From assembly GCF_018350175.1 (NCBI RefSeq), contig NC_058368.1:23128001-23192000 (forward strand): a stretch of 64,000 bases of DNA, written 5' to 3'. The translations under genes were made by a program, and so were the position numbers. Shown here piece after piece: positions 52,217 through 62,803 of the stretch; the first letter of the stretch is position 1; each line of letters starts with the position of its first letter. The notes under the pieces were generated by a model. The model was given only the letters and a program-made list of their open reading frames with translations, made no database searches and was not told the DNA's origin. This DNA comes from Felis catus (lineage: Eukaryota).

Positions 52217-55200
52217 GGAATATTACTCAGCCATAAAAAAGGAATGCGGGTCGGTTAAGCATCCTACTTTAGCTCAGGTCATAATCTCACAGTTCATGGG
52301 TTCAAGCCCCAAGGGGTGCTCAGAGCCTGGAGCCTGCTTTGGATTCTGTGTCTCCCTCTCTCAGTCCTTCCCCCACTCACACTATCTCTCTCTGTCAAAA
52401 AATGAATAAATGTTTTTTAAAAAATTTTTTAAAAATGGGGGATGAAATCTTGCCATTTGTAACGACATGGATGGAGCTAGAGAGTATTATGCTAAGGAAA
52501 ATAAGTCAGAAAGACAATTACCACGTAATTTCACTCAGATGGAATTTAAGACATAAAACAAACAATCATAGGGAAGAAAAAAAGAGGAAAACCAAGAAAC
52601 AGGCTCTTAGCTTTGGAGAGCAAACTGATGGTTACCAGAGGAGTGGTTGTTAAGTGAGTGGGGATTAAGGAGGGCACTTGTGATGAGCACCAGACATTGT
52701 ATGTGAAGGTTGAATCACTATATTGTACACCTGAAACTAATATTACAGTGTATGTTAACTTGCTGGAACTTAAATAAAAACTTACATACAACATGTCCTT
52801 AATCCATTCATATATCGATGGATAGTTAGTTTGCTTTCTATATTGACTATTGTAAATAATGCTGCAGTGAATATAGGAGTGCAGATATCTTTTTGAGATA
52901 ATAATTTCATTTTCTTCAGGTAAGTAACCAGAAGTAGAATTGCTGGATCATCTGGTAGTTCTCTTTTAACTCTTTAATAACTTCTATACTGTTTCCCACA
53001 GTGGGTTTCCCACCACTAGTGCATGAAGGTTCCATTTTCTCCACCTCCTCACCAACGTTTGTTATCTTTTTTTTTTTTTTTTTTTTATTACAACTGTTAT
53101 AACTGGTTTGAGGTGATATCCAGTTGTGGTTTTGATTTGCATTTCCCTGGTAATTAGTGATGTTGAGCACCTTTTCATGTACCTTTGTTCATTTGTCTTT
53201 AGAAAAAGGTCTATTCATTTCCTTTGCACTTTTTTAAAAATTTAAATTAAATTTTTTAAAAAATTCACATCCAAATTAGTTAGCATATAGTGCAACAGTG
53301 ACTTCAAGAATAGATTCCTTAATGCCTCTTACCCATTTAGCCCATCCCCCCTCCCACAACCCTTCCCATAACCCTCTGTTTGTTCTCCATATTAAAGAGT
53401 CTTATGTTTTGTCCCCCTCCTTGTTTTTATATTTTTGCTTCCCTTCCCTTGTGTTCATCTGTTCTGTGTCTTAAAGTCCTCATATGAGGGAAGTCATATA
53501 ATATTTGTCTATCTCTGACTAATTTCGCTTAGCATAATACCCTCTAGTTCCATCCACATAGTTGCAAATGACGAGATTTCGTTCTTTTTGATTGCCGAGT
53601 AATAACTCCATTGTATATGTATACCACATCGTCTGTATCCGTTCATCCGTCAATGGACATTTGGGCTCTTTCCATACTTTGGCCATTGTTAATAGTGCTG
53701 CTATAAACATTGGGGTGCGTGTGCCCCCTCGAAACAGCATACCTGTATCCCTTGGATAAATACCTAGTAGTGCAATTGCTGAGTTGTAGGGTTCTATTTT
53801 TAATTTTTTGAGGAACCTCCATAGTGTTTTCCAGGGTGGCTTGCATCAGTTTTCCTTTGCTCATTTTTTAAGTCAGGCTGTTTATTTTGTATTTTTAAGG
53901 ATACACAAAAATTTTATCTTTCCTGGGAAGTGAATAAACCTCATTTTGGCATATTGGTAGTTCTTATTTGCATGAAAGAATAGCATGTAATGAGAAAAAG
54001 TAAAAAGTCTTGATAATCTTTTTTCCAAAATAATCAGAAGTAGGCTATTTTTATTCTTAACATTGATTAGAATAATACTTGGAGGTGTTAACATTTTATA
54101 GCCTAGCCAATTTACATGTAGACTCTTTGTTTCATTGGAATGTCACTTTTCAATATTCTGTTGTCTGCTTTAATCAATATCTGATAGGTCCTGGAGTTGT
54201 TAATTCACAGAGATGGGGAATTTCAAGAACTGATGAAATTGGCACTTAATCAGGGAAAAATTCATCATGAAATGCAAGTTTTAGAAAAGGAAGTAGAGAA
54301 GAGAGACAGTGATATTCAACAACTACAAAAACAGCTAAAGGAAGCAGAGCAAATACTGGTAAGTTCATAGAAGAGGAGGTAAAAAAAAAAAAAAAGGATA
54401 TTGTTTAATTTATTTCTGAAAAATAAATCTGTTTTAAAGTATTTTGATTGGCAGAAAACTTAAGTTCCTAAGTGTAAAAATGAGAACTTGACAGTTTGAA
54501 TGAAAGGCCATTGTCATCCCTTTTTAACTTAATGTTTTAAGGTAGTCTGCATTACTTTTGAACCATATTTTCATCATTTAAAGATTTCACAGTGTTGAAT
54601 TAATAGAACTAATGGAATTGAATTGAATTAATAGAAGTTGTACTTTTATCCTGTCCTGATAGAAGTTTTCAGTTATTAGTAATCTAAATCTTTACTTCAA
54701 CTTTAAAAATATTTTGAAATCAGTAGAAATATGTACCAATTTTATAAATTGATTAAAACTGACATTAACTTATTTCATCCTCCATTCTAAACTAGGTGGA
54801 TTTGGGCATATGTCCCCAGGACTCTAGTTCTTGGCTACTATTTCAAAAAAGCAATTTCTTTGCTCATATTTACCCAGTTATTTCACTAAATACTAACTAA
54901 TGTAATTGTTATATGGTGATATTACAGAAACAGCTGAGTTTGATTCTCATATGGACCAGACACTGCTGGAATCCTTATCCCTGATGAATCTTCAAAATGT
55001 GTCCAAATGGGCTCCAATAAATAGAAACCTGAGTGGTTCAGGGTAAATTAACCATTCCTGCTGAAAAAATGACCCCAAGTAAATGCTTAAAAAAAAAAAA
55101 AAAAAGTAAAATCTATTTTCCATTAGGAAAGTAATACTTGCTTATCAAAAGATACTCAGAGAATACAGAAAAGTAGAAAGAGGAGGGAAAAAATGCCGTC

Positions 55201-58200
55201 AGTCCCTCTGTGCTGTTATTCATAGTTTTTTGCTTTTCATTTCAGTCTCAGGTGTATTCTTTTATTTGTTTTAATTTCCCAGTAGGCTTATAATTTTTTT
55301 TTAAATCAAAGTATAGTTGATACACCATGTTACTTTAGTTTCAGGTGTACAACATAGTTTTTTTTCCCCCTCTGAGGAATTCATTTTGTATCTTGTAATT
55401 AGTAGGATACCAACTGGTGTTCTATTACCATTTGTTAAAACTGAGGGAATTTTTTGTATATTGTATCCATTTTGTTTAGTTTTCCAATTTACTGTTACAA
55501 AATAATACTTTGATGAATATCATTGCAAAAAAACTTTGTCTTTCTTCTGCATTTCAGATTATATTCTTTAGATTTCCAAAAATATAATTATGGAGTTAAA
55601 TAGAGTTGACACAAGGACCATAAAAAGACTGAATTTTATGATTTAGGTAATAGAAACTAACATTGAGCACTTGTGCATCAGGCCTTGTGCTTGCTTGCAC
55701 TTTAAATGTTTTAACTTAATCTTCTTAATAATTATGCGAGGTTAGTACCATTCCATTTTACAGATGAAGAAACTGAGATTTTAAATTGATAACTACTTTG
55801 CCCAGGGAGAGTGAAAAGTAGGGAGATGGAACTTAAACCTAGTTCTGTCTCCATACTCCTAACCACTGTGTTACAGTTGAAGATGCATATACATACTAGC
55901 TTAACTTCATTTTACCCTTTCATGTATCTTTCCAGTGGGAGTGGGGGGTGGTTGTGGGTGTTTTCATTATAGTAGTCATTAAGCTTAGAGATAGTGGTAA
56001 TGTATAAATGAATAAGATCATCAATCCAAGAATGTATCTTACAAACTAAAAAAACATTTTGATATTTTATCCTTGAACCCGAATGCTCTTGGGGTGGTAT
56101 GTGGTCAGAATCTCTTTTGCATGTTTGTGATAGAATTTGTGAATGGAGACTGATTCATGAACATATATTATTTCTTTCATTAACTGATACAAATGATACC
56201 CACATGTTTGAGAACATTACAGATAAATTGTGGGGATTTCTAAATTTTGCATGTTGTTCATATGGAATTAATGATTTTGTGAATTAAGCCAAAAACTGTT
56301 TGATATAGTTAAGAATAAACCGTATTTCTTTTTTTAATGTTCAAATTAGGCAACAGCTGTTTACCAAGCAAAAGAAAAACTCAAATCAATAGAAAAAGCA
56401 AGAAAAGGTTAGTACAGTGGGAAACACTGAATGACTTTCTGAAAAATCCAAGTTTTTGTTTGAAGAAGCAGATGAGAGTGTTAACTGGTAATCATTTGCT
56501 ACTTTTGAAATGGTTCCAATAAATTTTTATTGTAAAGTGCTAGGTTCTAGCACTGAGCTATGTATTAATTACTGAGGAGACATCACACCTTTCTCAGGTT
56601 ATAAGAAGCAGTAACATATGGCAAGTTATGACTTTGTATCCAAATGCACAGTAATGACAATGAGTGTATAAAGTTGTTGGGAGAAGGGAAAAGAACTGTG
56701 ATCTGGAAGCAAGTGGGATTTGAGATAGATCTTGGAAAAGATGGATCTTGCAAAAGTGAAAGAGAATGTGCAGTGGACAAATGGAGCAGGACTAGAGTGT
56801 CATGAAGTCAGAACTAGATGTGGCTTTGGGGTGTGTGCACATTTAATGGTGTAGAAGCCCAGCAGACCTTCTTTTCCTGTCCTCCTCCTCTCCTTAAAAG
56901 ACTTCCATTTTGGATTTTTTTAGTTTGTGTACTAAAAGTATAGTTACAATGAAAATGTGGTTACTTTTGTTTTTTTAATTTTTTTTTTTAATGTTTATTT
57001 TTGAAGGAGAGAGAGACAGTGTGTGAGTCGGGGGGTGGGGGGTGGCAGAGAGAGAGGGAGACACAGATCCAAAGCAGGCTCCAGGCTCTGAGCTGTCAGC
57101 ACAGAGCCCAACACAGGGCTCAAACCCACAAACTGTGGGATCATGACCTGAGCCGAAATCAGAAGCTCAGCCAACTGAGCTCAACCAACCAAGGTGCCCC
57201 AAACTTTGGTTACTTTAATGGTTTCATAGATGATTTACCTTTAGTCACCTCAGAGTTGTCTAACTTTCTTCTTCTTTTCCTGTTTCAGATAACTACTGCT
57301 AATGTTTGGTGTGTGTCCACTTTTTTTTTTTTTTTAAAAAGATGTTTAATACAGATAGAATGGGAACAATACAAGTATATATGTGCATATATTCTAAAAC
57401 AAAAACCAGGTCATGCTGTACATGTTATTTAGTGGCTTACCTTTTTTAATCTAATGAACGTATTGTGGATTTGTTTCTACTTAGATCTACTTATATCCTT
57501 AGTGGCACAGTAAGCCAACAATTGAGTGATATAGTGTGAACTGCTGTTCTAGTTTAATAGCTTTGTCATTGGGAGACAAAACACTCCTGCCTCTATTTTC
57601 TTTGTGTTCACTGTTGCTTTCAGAACAGTAAGACTATTTAATGGTAGCTAATAATTGAGATAGTGAGCATTATCATGCTAATGTCCCAAGTTTGACACTT
57701 TGTCAGATGATTTTTCTGGACGTTTTGTTCTTTAGTTGGGAAATCTCTATGATTTAAGTTTAACAATATACGTATTATTAGCTTTATTAGGGAAGGTAGG
57801 TAACTCAGATTATCTTGTATACAGATAATAAAAAATAAAGTATGATGTGTGACTATGAGGCACGTGTTTATGCCCTTTTAAGTTACTAGACTAACATGTT
57901 ATGCTCTCGACTCTCAGGTGCCATCTCCTCTGAAGAAATAATTAAATACGCACATAGGATTAGTGCGAGTAATGCTGTATGTGCCCCACTGACCTGGGTT
58001 CCAGGTAAAATACTTCTCTTTTTAAAATAGACATATGTGGTTTTAAATCTTAGGTGATTTTCACGTCTTTAATATCTTAGAAGGAATAATATGGGCCATG
58101 GGTTTTATCAGTTTGATTTTCTACAAAGCTGTTGCCACAGGAAATGTGTTTCTTTCCTTTTTAAAGAAAAATAATAAATTCATGTTTAAAAGTACAAGAT

Positions 58201-61200
58201 GATACGTGATGATTCGAAACCTATAGATTTATATGCCTGTAATACCCAGGCTGGCCAGAAGCCCACCTTTTAGAACAATTGGAGTTTCCTCAAGGGTTCT
58301 GGCCTTGGAAGCAGATAATTCCAGCTCTTTGGTGATAAAGATGAAGCACTGAGCACCCAACAGCAAATACATGGGACTGGAAAGAACAGGAGTAATTAGA
58401 AACAGCAAAGAGCAATGAACTGCAACATACATTGACAGTACATAAGACAGGGACCTAATGTAGAGCAGTAGTCTTCTGGGAGGAGTAGGAGATAAATCTC
58501 TCAACATCAGTAACTTGTGAACGGTATTTTACCAATGACTAGTTTGGGGGGGTAAGTGATCTGGAGCGAGTAAGAAGTATTACCAAAAAGTCCAAATCTG
58601 CCAAATTTTCATCATCCCCAAACTAAACCGTATGCCTTCATGATTGGAAATGAACATTGGCTCTAGATACTCTCCTGGAAGGTTCTAGGAATTAGTCTTT
58701 AAATGACAAGATCAAAGAGGTCGGTTAGAAAAAGTTTTAATTTAGACAGTCCTTCAAATAAGCATTCCAGTCAGTCCTTTCTGTCTTATAAACAGAAGTG
58801 TGTCATGATCTACTTATTCTCCCTCAAGAGTATGTATCATTTGTTACCTTACTAGGAAATGCAGGTAAATTACAAGAATCAAGACTGTTATAATTTTCTT
58901 AATTTGTCATCTGGAATTGCTAAAATGACAGACTTTTCTCTCTCTCTCTCTCTCTCTCTCTTTTTGTATAAAGAGTAGTATATTTCTATGCAGGTTCAGA
59001 GACAAAATGCATGTATTTTTAAATATATTATGCTCTTAGTAACAGTTGATAAGATGACCTTCTTGTTCCAAAATTGAAATGTAGTTTGAGTTTTTCAGAG
59101 TGAACCAAGGAAAATCAATACTTCTTTAGAGAAGGTATCAATGCTTATTTTTTATATGATTGAATTAAAAGCAGTCTGTTTTTTTAGGGGACCCACGGAG
59201 ACCATACCCAACTGATTTAGAGATGAGAAGTGGATTATTGGGTCAAATGAACAATCCTTCCACTAATGGTGTAAATGGTCATTTACCAGGAGATGCACTT
59301 GCAGCAGGCAGATTGCCAGGTAATGTTGATCAGAAAAATGCTTTCGAACAGACTGAAGTTTTTCAGACATGGTGATGGAATATCTGGCTGTTGAACAAGT
59401 TTGAGATTCTAGACCCAAGTTGTTTTATTTATTTTATTTTATTTTTTAAGTTTGTTTATTTATTTTGAGAGAGAGAGGAAGAGCGGGAATCTCAAGCAGG
59501 CTCTGCATGGTCACCATGGAGCATGACTCAGGACTTGAACTCACATCGTGAGATCATAACCTGAGCCTAAATCTAGAGGCGGATGTTTGACCTAGTGAGC
59601 CGTTCAGGCATCTGACCCAACTCATTTTAATAGCTAAGTTTTCTGCCAATTATCCTGCTCTCTGCTTACTCTAGTTTAAAGATTGTTCTAGCTTGAGTTT
59701 ATGAAACTACAATAAATTGACTTTTCTCTCATTTTTTAATAGGTTATTTTCCTTGGGCATTAGGCCTCTCTTTTATTATTATTAGGATCTAAACATAGCT
59801 TTTTAAATAAAATTGTGAAATATGGTATATAAACAGAATAAGAAATATATATGTTCATTTTAAAGAATACAAAGTGAACCCACTCCTGAAAAACTCCAAA
59901 TTAACCAAATGAATAACAAAGCTTTTTACAGACTTTTAATAACTAAATAAAACAGCACTCTTGTGTGACTCAGTTTATTCTGAATTTCATCCTTCCTCAA
60001 GTTTTGCGTATAGTTTTGTGTTATTCTTAACCTTTATTTATGTTACCCAACGTTTATTTTTTGTAGGTGACTTTTGTTTTTATTTGGTAGAACACTTAAT
60101 AAGTTTTAATAAAAAAGGTTATAAAAACCAAAAACTATGGGTTTTTTTGAGCAATCACTTTTAATATTTTACCTATTTCATTTTTTTCCTTGTATTTTTT
60201 ACAGTGTTTAAAACATGCCCTAGATAATGCTTTCTGCTTCATATTTTATTGTAAGGATGTTCCTGTGTTACTGAAAATGCTATGTAAACATCATGTTTAT
60301 CTAACGTACAAACTGAGAACTCACTGTGCATTAATTTACCTTGATATCTTTTCATTTTCCTCATTTTGATTATACTGTATTATATGCCAGTCACAGCCCA
60401 GTCAGGAGGCAGAAGGGACATCAGCAGTATGAACAAGGAAAATTTAAAGAATTATTAACTAGTAACAAGATGATACTACTAAAGGGTAAAGAGAACTATT
60501 TTTTAAAAATACAGTAGTAATAAATGTGGGAGCAGCTGCTACATCTAAGATCAGGATAGAGTACCCAAAGAAGGGCCCAACTGAGAAGAGGCTCCTCCCA
60601 CCCCCATCCCAAGGCTGTTTGTTCATATCATGGCGCCCTGGGTGGAGAGGGTATAGCTGTGGCCCACTGGCTGGCAGAGACGTTAGATGGATGAGGTCAG
60701 GCCAGAGCTGGCAAGCAGGAGGTGATCCACTAGGGTTGCAGGGAGCCTTGCTGGGAAGCCACCTTTGGTGTAATGTGAGACTTAACGCCACGGCAACTTG
60801 CTAGGTGGTGAGCACCACTTGATGTCCTGCACGCCAGCCAGGCACTGCGCAGTGAGAAGGAAAACATCACATCTGATCCCTTAGAGGCCTGTTCCCCTTG
60901 CAGAGTCCCTCCAGTGCCCTCTGCTGACAAAGATTAACATTGCAGCTGCTGGCAAAGGAGATGTTTTCAGGGTTCAGGGAGAAGAGTGGATTTAAAGCTT
61001 AACAGGTAGTTTAAACTTGTAATACTTAGTATAGTACATATTAGCTATTTAAAATCTACAGAGAGAATAGACAGAGAATGATATAATCTGCATATAATTT
61101 ACATATATATGCATATATATGAAAACATTTGATTTGTAATTGTGAATGTCTTACAAAAGAAAAATTAGTCAACTGACTCTATAAAGTTACTCAGATGGAA

Positions 61201-61586
61201 GCATGATTTCCTAAAAAATAAAACACAGGTTCTAGTTATTAAAATATCATGCTTTTCCTTGATAAATTTGCTTTTTCTTAATTTAGCCAAATGTATATTT
61301 TGATTCCTGGCCTTAAAAAGAATACTTACTTCAGGTTGTGTGCATGAAGGGAAGAGTAATCAAGTAGTAAATTAATAGTAGAAGTGTTGTTATATATGCT
61401 TTGTTTTCTCCAGATGTCCTTGCTCCACAATATCCATGGCAGTCAAATGACATGTCAATGAATATGTTACCACCGAATCACAGTAATGACTTTTTGCTGG
61501 AACCTCCAGGGCATAATAAAGAAAATGAAGATGATGTAGAAGTTATGTCAACAGACTCCTCAAGCAGTAGTAGTGACTCTGATTAA
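41561..61586 (+). CDS. MED4: Mediator of RNA polymerase II transcription subunit 4, complete spliced CDS (7 exons, 270 aa)
   Basis: Exon lengths 125+67+171+58+87+132+173 = 813 nt, frame continuous, all introns GT..AG. Translation [17 protein letters not shown]...[26 protein letters not shown]...[19 protein letters not shown]...[13 protein letters not shown] matches mammalian MED4 as recalled. Confidence 0.98.
43620..43834 (-). mobile_element. CAN-SINE (MED4 intron 1)
   Basis: Reverse copy, diverged. Confidence 0.85.
44847..45061 (-). mobile_element. Young felid SINE (intron 1)
   Basis: Perfect TSD taggacgtatctttt at 44832-44846 and 45062-45076. Confidence 0.96.
45190..45411 (+). mobile_element. 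CAN-SINE (intron 1)
   Basis: ggggtgcctgggtggctcagtcggttgagcg head. Confidence 0.94.
45438..45642 (-). mobile_element. CAN-SINE (intron 1)
   Basis: TSD ctaaaagtt; tail-to-tail with the previous copy. Confidence 0.92.
46240..47120 (+). mobile_element. L2 remnant interrupted by a SINE
   Basis: ctctacctccaaaatatat; aaaacataaatcaggtcat; gtgcctggcacgtaagaggcactcaagaaatatttaatgaatg. Confidence 0.75.
46797..47034 (-). mobile_element. CAN-SINE (intron 1)
   Basis: TSD tccattgtt. Confidence 0.92.
47609..47850 (+). mobile_element. CAN-SINE with a (CG)6 run (intron 1)
   Basis: Head agggctcctggatggctcag; tract cgctcgctcgcgcgcgcgcgctctc. Confidence 0.92.
47868..48045 (+). mobile_element. CAN-SINE (intron 1)
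   Basis: TSD aaaattcaatta. Confidence 0.9.
48157..48310. mobile_element. hAT-Charlie MITE (MER58A-like), partial
   Basis: aactttttctgta..gggccagataataaatattt..ctgcaactac..ctgccatt..aaaacagcc..atatgtaaatgaaggggcatggc. Confidence 0.7.
48386..48593 (-). mobile_element. Young felid SINE (intron 1)
   Basis: Perfect TSD tctagtttgtttcttta at 48369-48385 and 48594-48610. Confidence 0.96.
48622..48715 (+). mobile_element. Short CAN-SINE variant (intron 1)
   Basis: ggggtgcctggctggctca..gggtgtagagattact; TSD taaagtgaaatgag. Confidence 0.9.
49140..49206 (+). CDS. MED4: MED4 coding exon 2
   Basis: Acceptor tttttctag|[23 protein letters not shown]; donor CAG|gtaagt. Confidence 0.97.
51492..51656 (-). 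mobile_element. CAN-SINE (intron 2)
   Basis: Reverse copy ending ccaggtgcccc. Confidence 0.88.
52060..52785 (+). mobile_element. Carnivore L1 3' fragment in opposite orientation, containing (CA)n and a SINE (52247-52435)
   Basis: caatagccaaattctggaaaaagcccaaatgtccatc..gaatcactatattgtacacctgaaactaat. Confidence 0.85.
53240..53850 (-). mobile_element. Younger felid/carnivore L1 3' fragment
   Basis: Same 3' end type as 23739-24131; flanks tttcctttgc at 53218 and 53851. Confidence 0.85.
54188..54358 (+). CDS. MED4: MED4 coding exon 3
   Basis: Acceptor ctgatag|[60 protein letters not shown]; donor CTG|gtaagt. Confidence 0.97.
55650..55880 (-). mobile_element. MIR (intron 3)
   Basis: ccattttacagatgaagaaactgag core. 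Confidence 0.8.
56350..56407 (+). CDS. MED4: MED4 coding exon 4
   Basis: Acceptor aaattag|[22 protein letters not shown]; donor AAG|gttagt. Confidence 0.96.
56966..57200 (-). mobile_element. CAN-SINE (intron 4)
   Basis: TSD tggttacttt. Confidence 0.92.
57918..58004 (+). CDS. MED4: MED4 coding exon 5
   Basis: Acceptor ctctcag|GT; (G)[28 protein letters not shown]; donor CAG|gtaaaa. Confidence 0.97.
59188..59319 (+). CDS. MED4: MED4 coding exon 6
   Basis: Acceptor tttttag|GG; (G)[43 protein letters not shown]; donor CAG|gtaatg. Confidence 0.97.
59423..59612 (-). mobile_element. CAN-SINE (intron 6)
   Basis: (TTTTA)n tail; flanks gacccaa. Confidence 0.85.
60377..61025. mobile_element. Probable old LTR element (ERVL/MaLR-like) in intron 6
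   Basis: GC-richer block starting tgtatt..ccagtcaggaggcagaa in an AT-rich intron; family not determined. Confidence 0.45.
61414..61586 (+). CDS. MED4: MED4 coding exon 7 (to stop codon)
   Basis: Acceptor ttctccag|AT; (D)[56 protein letters not shown], then TAA. Confidence 0.97.
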
Positions 61587-61879
61587 AAAACATAAAAGAC
61601 AAAATTCATCAGAATTGAATACTGTGGAATTCTGTTTCTTACACAATAGCAAGCCTATAAAAAAAGCCAGGTAATACTGCCTATAGTGGAACCGTGCAGC
61701 CCATTAAAAATCACTGGACTTTCTTTTTTAAGCCAAAAATTATCGTTTCAGTTCTAAACCACTAAGTGAATATTTAAAGAATAATCAAAATTTATTGTTG
61801 GAAAAAAAATTACTCATTTCAGTGCTGCCCTATCCTGTTATGTTCCAGTTATGTTGGACTTGTACATAGTATTTCTGGA

Positions 61880-61885
61880 AATAAA
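61880..61885 (+). terminator. Candidate proximal polyadenylation signal AATAAA
   Basis: AATAAA with upstream TGTA (61861); downstream element weak. Confidence 0.45.
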
Positions 61886-62088
61886 AGTTGAGGGAAATAA
61901 CCCATGTACATATCACTAATCAGCCCCTGGAATTATTTAGAGAAGCATTTTAAATAAGGGCAGTGGATCACTGTGCATCATATCTCAAAATAACAAAACC
62001 CTCATTTGAAAGTGAAGGCTGGTAGCTTCTGTCACAGTAACGGGAAGTTGTCTTAATTTTACTGTCTGTAATTATTGTAATATGTGTA

Positions 62089-62094
62089 AATAAA
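62089..62094 (+). terminator. Candidate distal polyadenylation signal AATAAA
   Basis: AATAAA preceded by three TGTA motifs and followed by T/GT-rich sequence (tttttgtttgtactctgtatgattttttt). Confidence 0.75.
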
Positions 62095-62361
62095 CATATT
62101 TTTGTTTGTACTCTGTATGATTTTTTTAAATTTAAATATTCCTTTAGTGTAGGTAGGAAATTATTTCTGTAAATCCAGTTTGATTTTATACATACTTAAG
62201 TAGAATTCTGGAGTGTGAATGAACATGATGTAATGCATTCAGCTGAACTAGTAATCACAACTGGTAGGTTTCACAAAGGCCCATAATGACAGTCTCAGAA
62301 GAAATAAAATGAAGTTGTTGCTTTCTTCTTTTTTTCCCATTAGTCTTCCCACTAGTTTATT

Positions 62362-62803
62362 TCCTCCCTCCCCTTCCCTCCCCTCCCCTCCCCTCCCCTC
62401 CCCTCCCCTCCCCTCCCCTCCCCTCCCCTCCCCTCCCCTCCCCTCCCCTCCCCTCCCCTCCCCTCCCCTCCCCTCCCCTCCCCTCCCCTCCCCTCCCCTC
62501 CCCTTCCCTTCCCTTCCCTTCCCTTCCCTTCCCTTCCCTTCCCTTCCCTTCCCCCTTTCTTTTCCTCCCCTCCCCTCCCCTCCCCTCCCCTCCCCTCCCC
62601 TCCCCTCCCCTCCCCTTCCCTCCCCCTTTCTTTTCCTTTTCTTTACTTCTGATTTCCTTCTTTCTCCCTTCTTTCCTCTCTCCCTTTCTTCCTCCCTCCC
62701 TCTCCTCACTTCTTTCTTTCCTTCCTTCCCTCCTGTCTCCTTCCTTCCCTCCCTCCCTTCCCCTCCTTTCTTTCTTTTCTTCCTTCCTTCATTTCTTTCT
62801 TTC
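62362..62803. repeat. Polypyrimidine compound repeat (CCCCT)n/(CCCTT)n/(CTTC)n
   Basis: ~25 CCCTC units at 62376-62500, ~10 CCCTT units, further arrays; almost no purines on the + strand. Confidence 0.97.

Larger units (their letters stand above)
51660..53880 (-). mobile_element. Older L1 3' region hosting two younger L1 inserts
   Basis: tcttagcaactttcaagtatac..tttttatggctgaatagtat, resuming at ~52790 with atccattcat..ttgcatttccctggtaattagtgatgttgagcac. Confidence 0.8.
61587..62115 (+). other. MED4: MED4 3' UTR (end inferred from distal poly(A) signal)
   Basis: AT-rich, repeat-free stretch after the stop codon containing two AATAAA hexamers. Confidence 0.7.

Noticed and set aside
53519..53864. 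ORFs resembling the L1 ORF2 C-terminus
   Set aside because: Frameshifted fragment of a 5'-truncated L1; not a functional gene
59188..61586. Antisense lncRNA equivalent to human MED4-AS1
   Set aside because: Recalled from human annotation only; no supporting signal identifiable in this sequence
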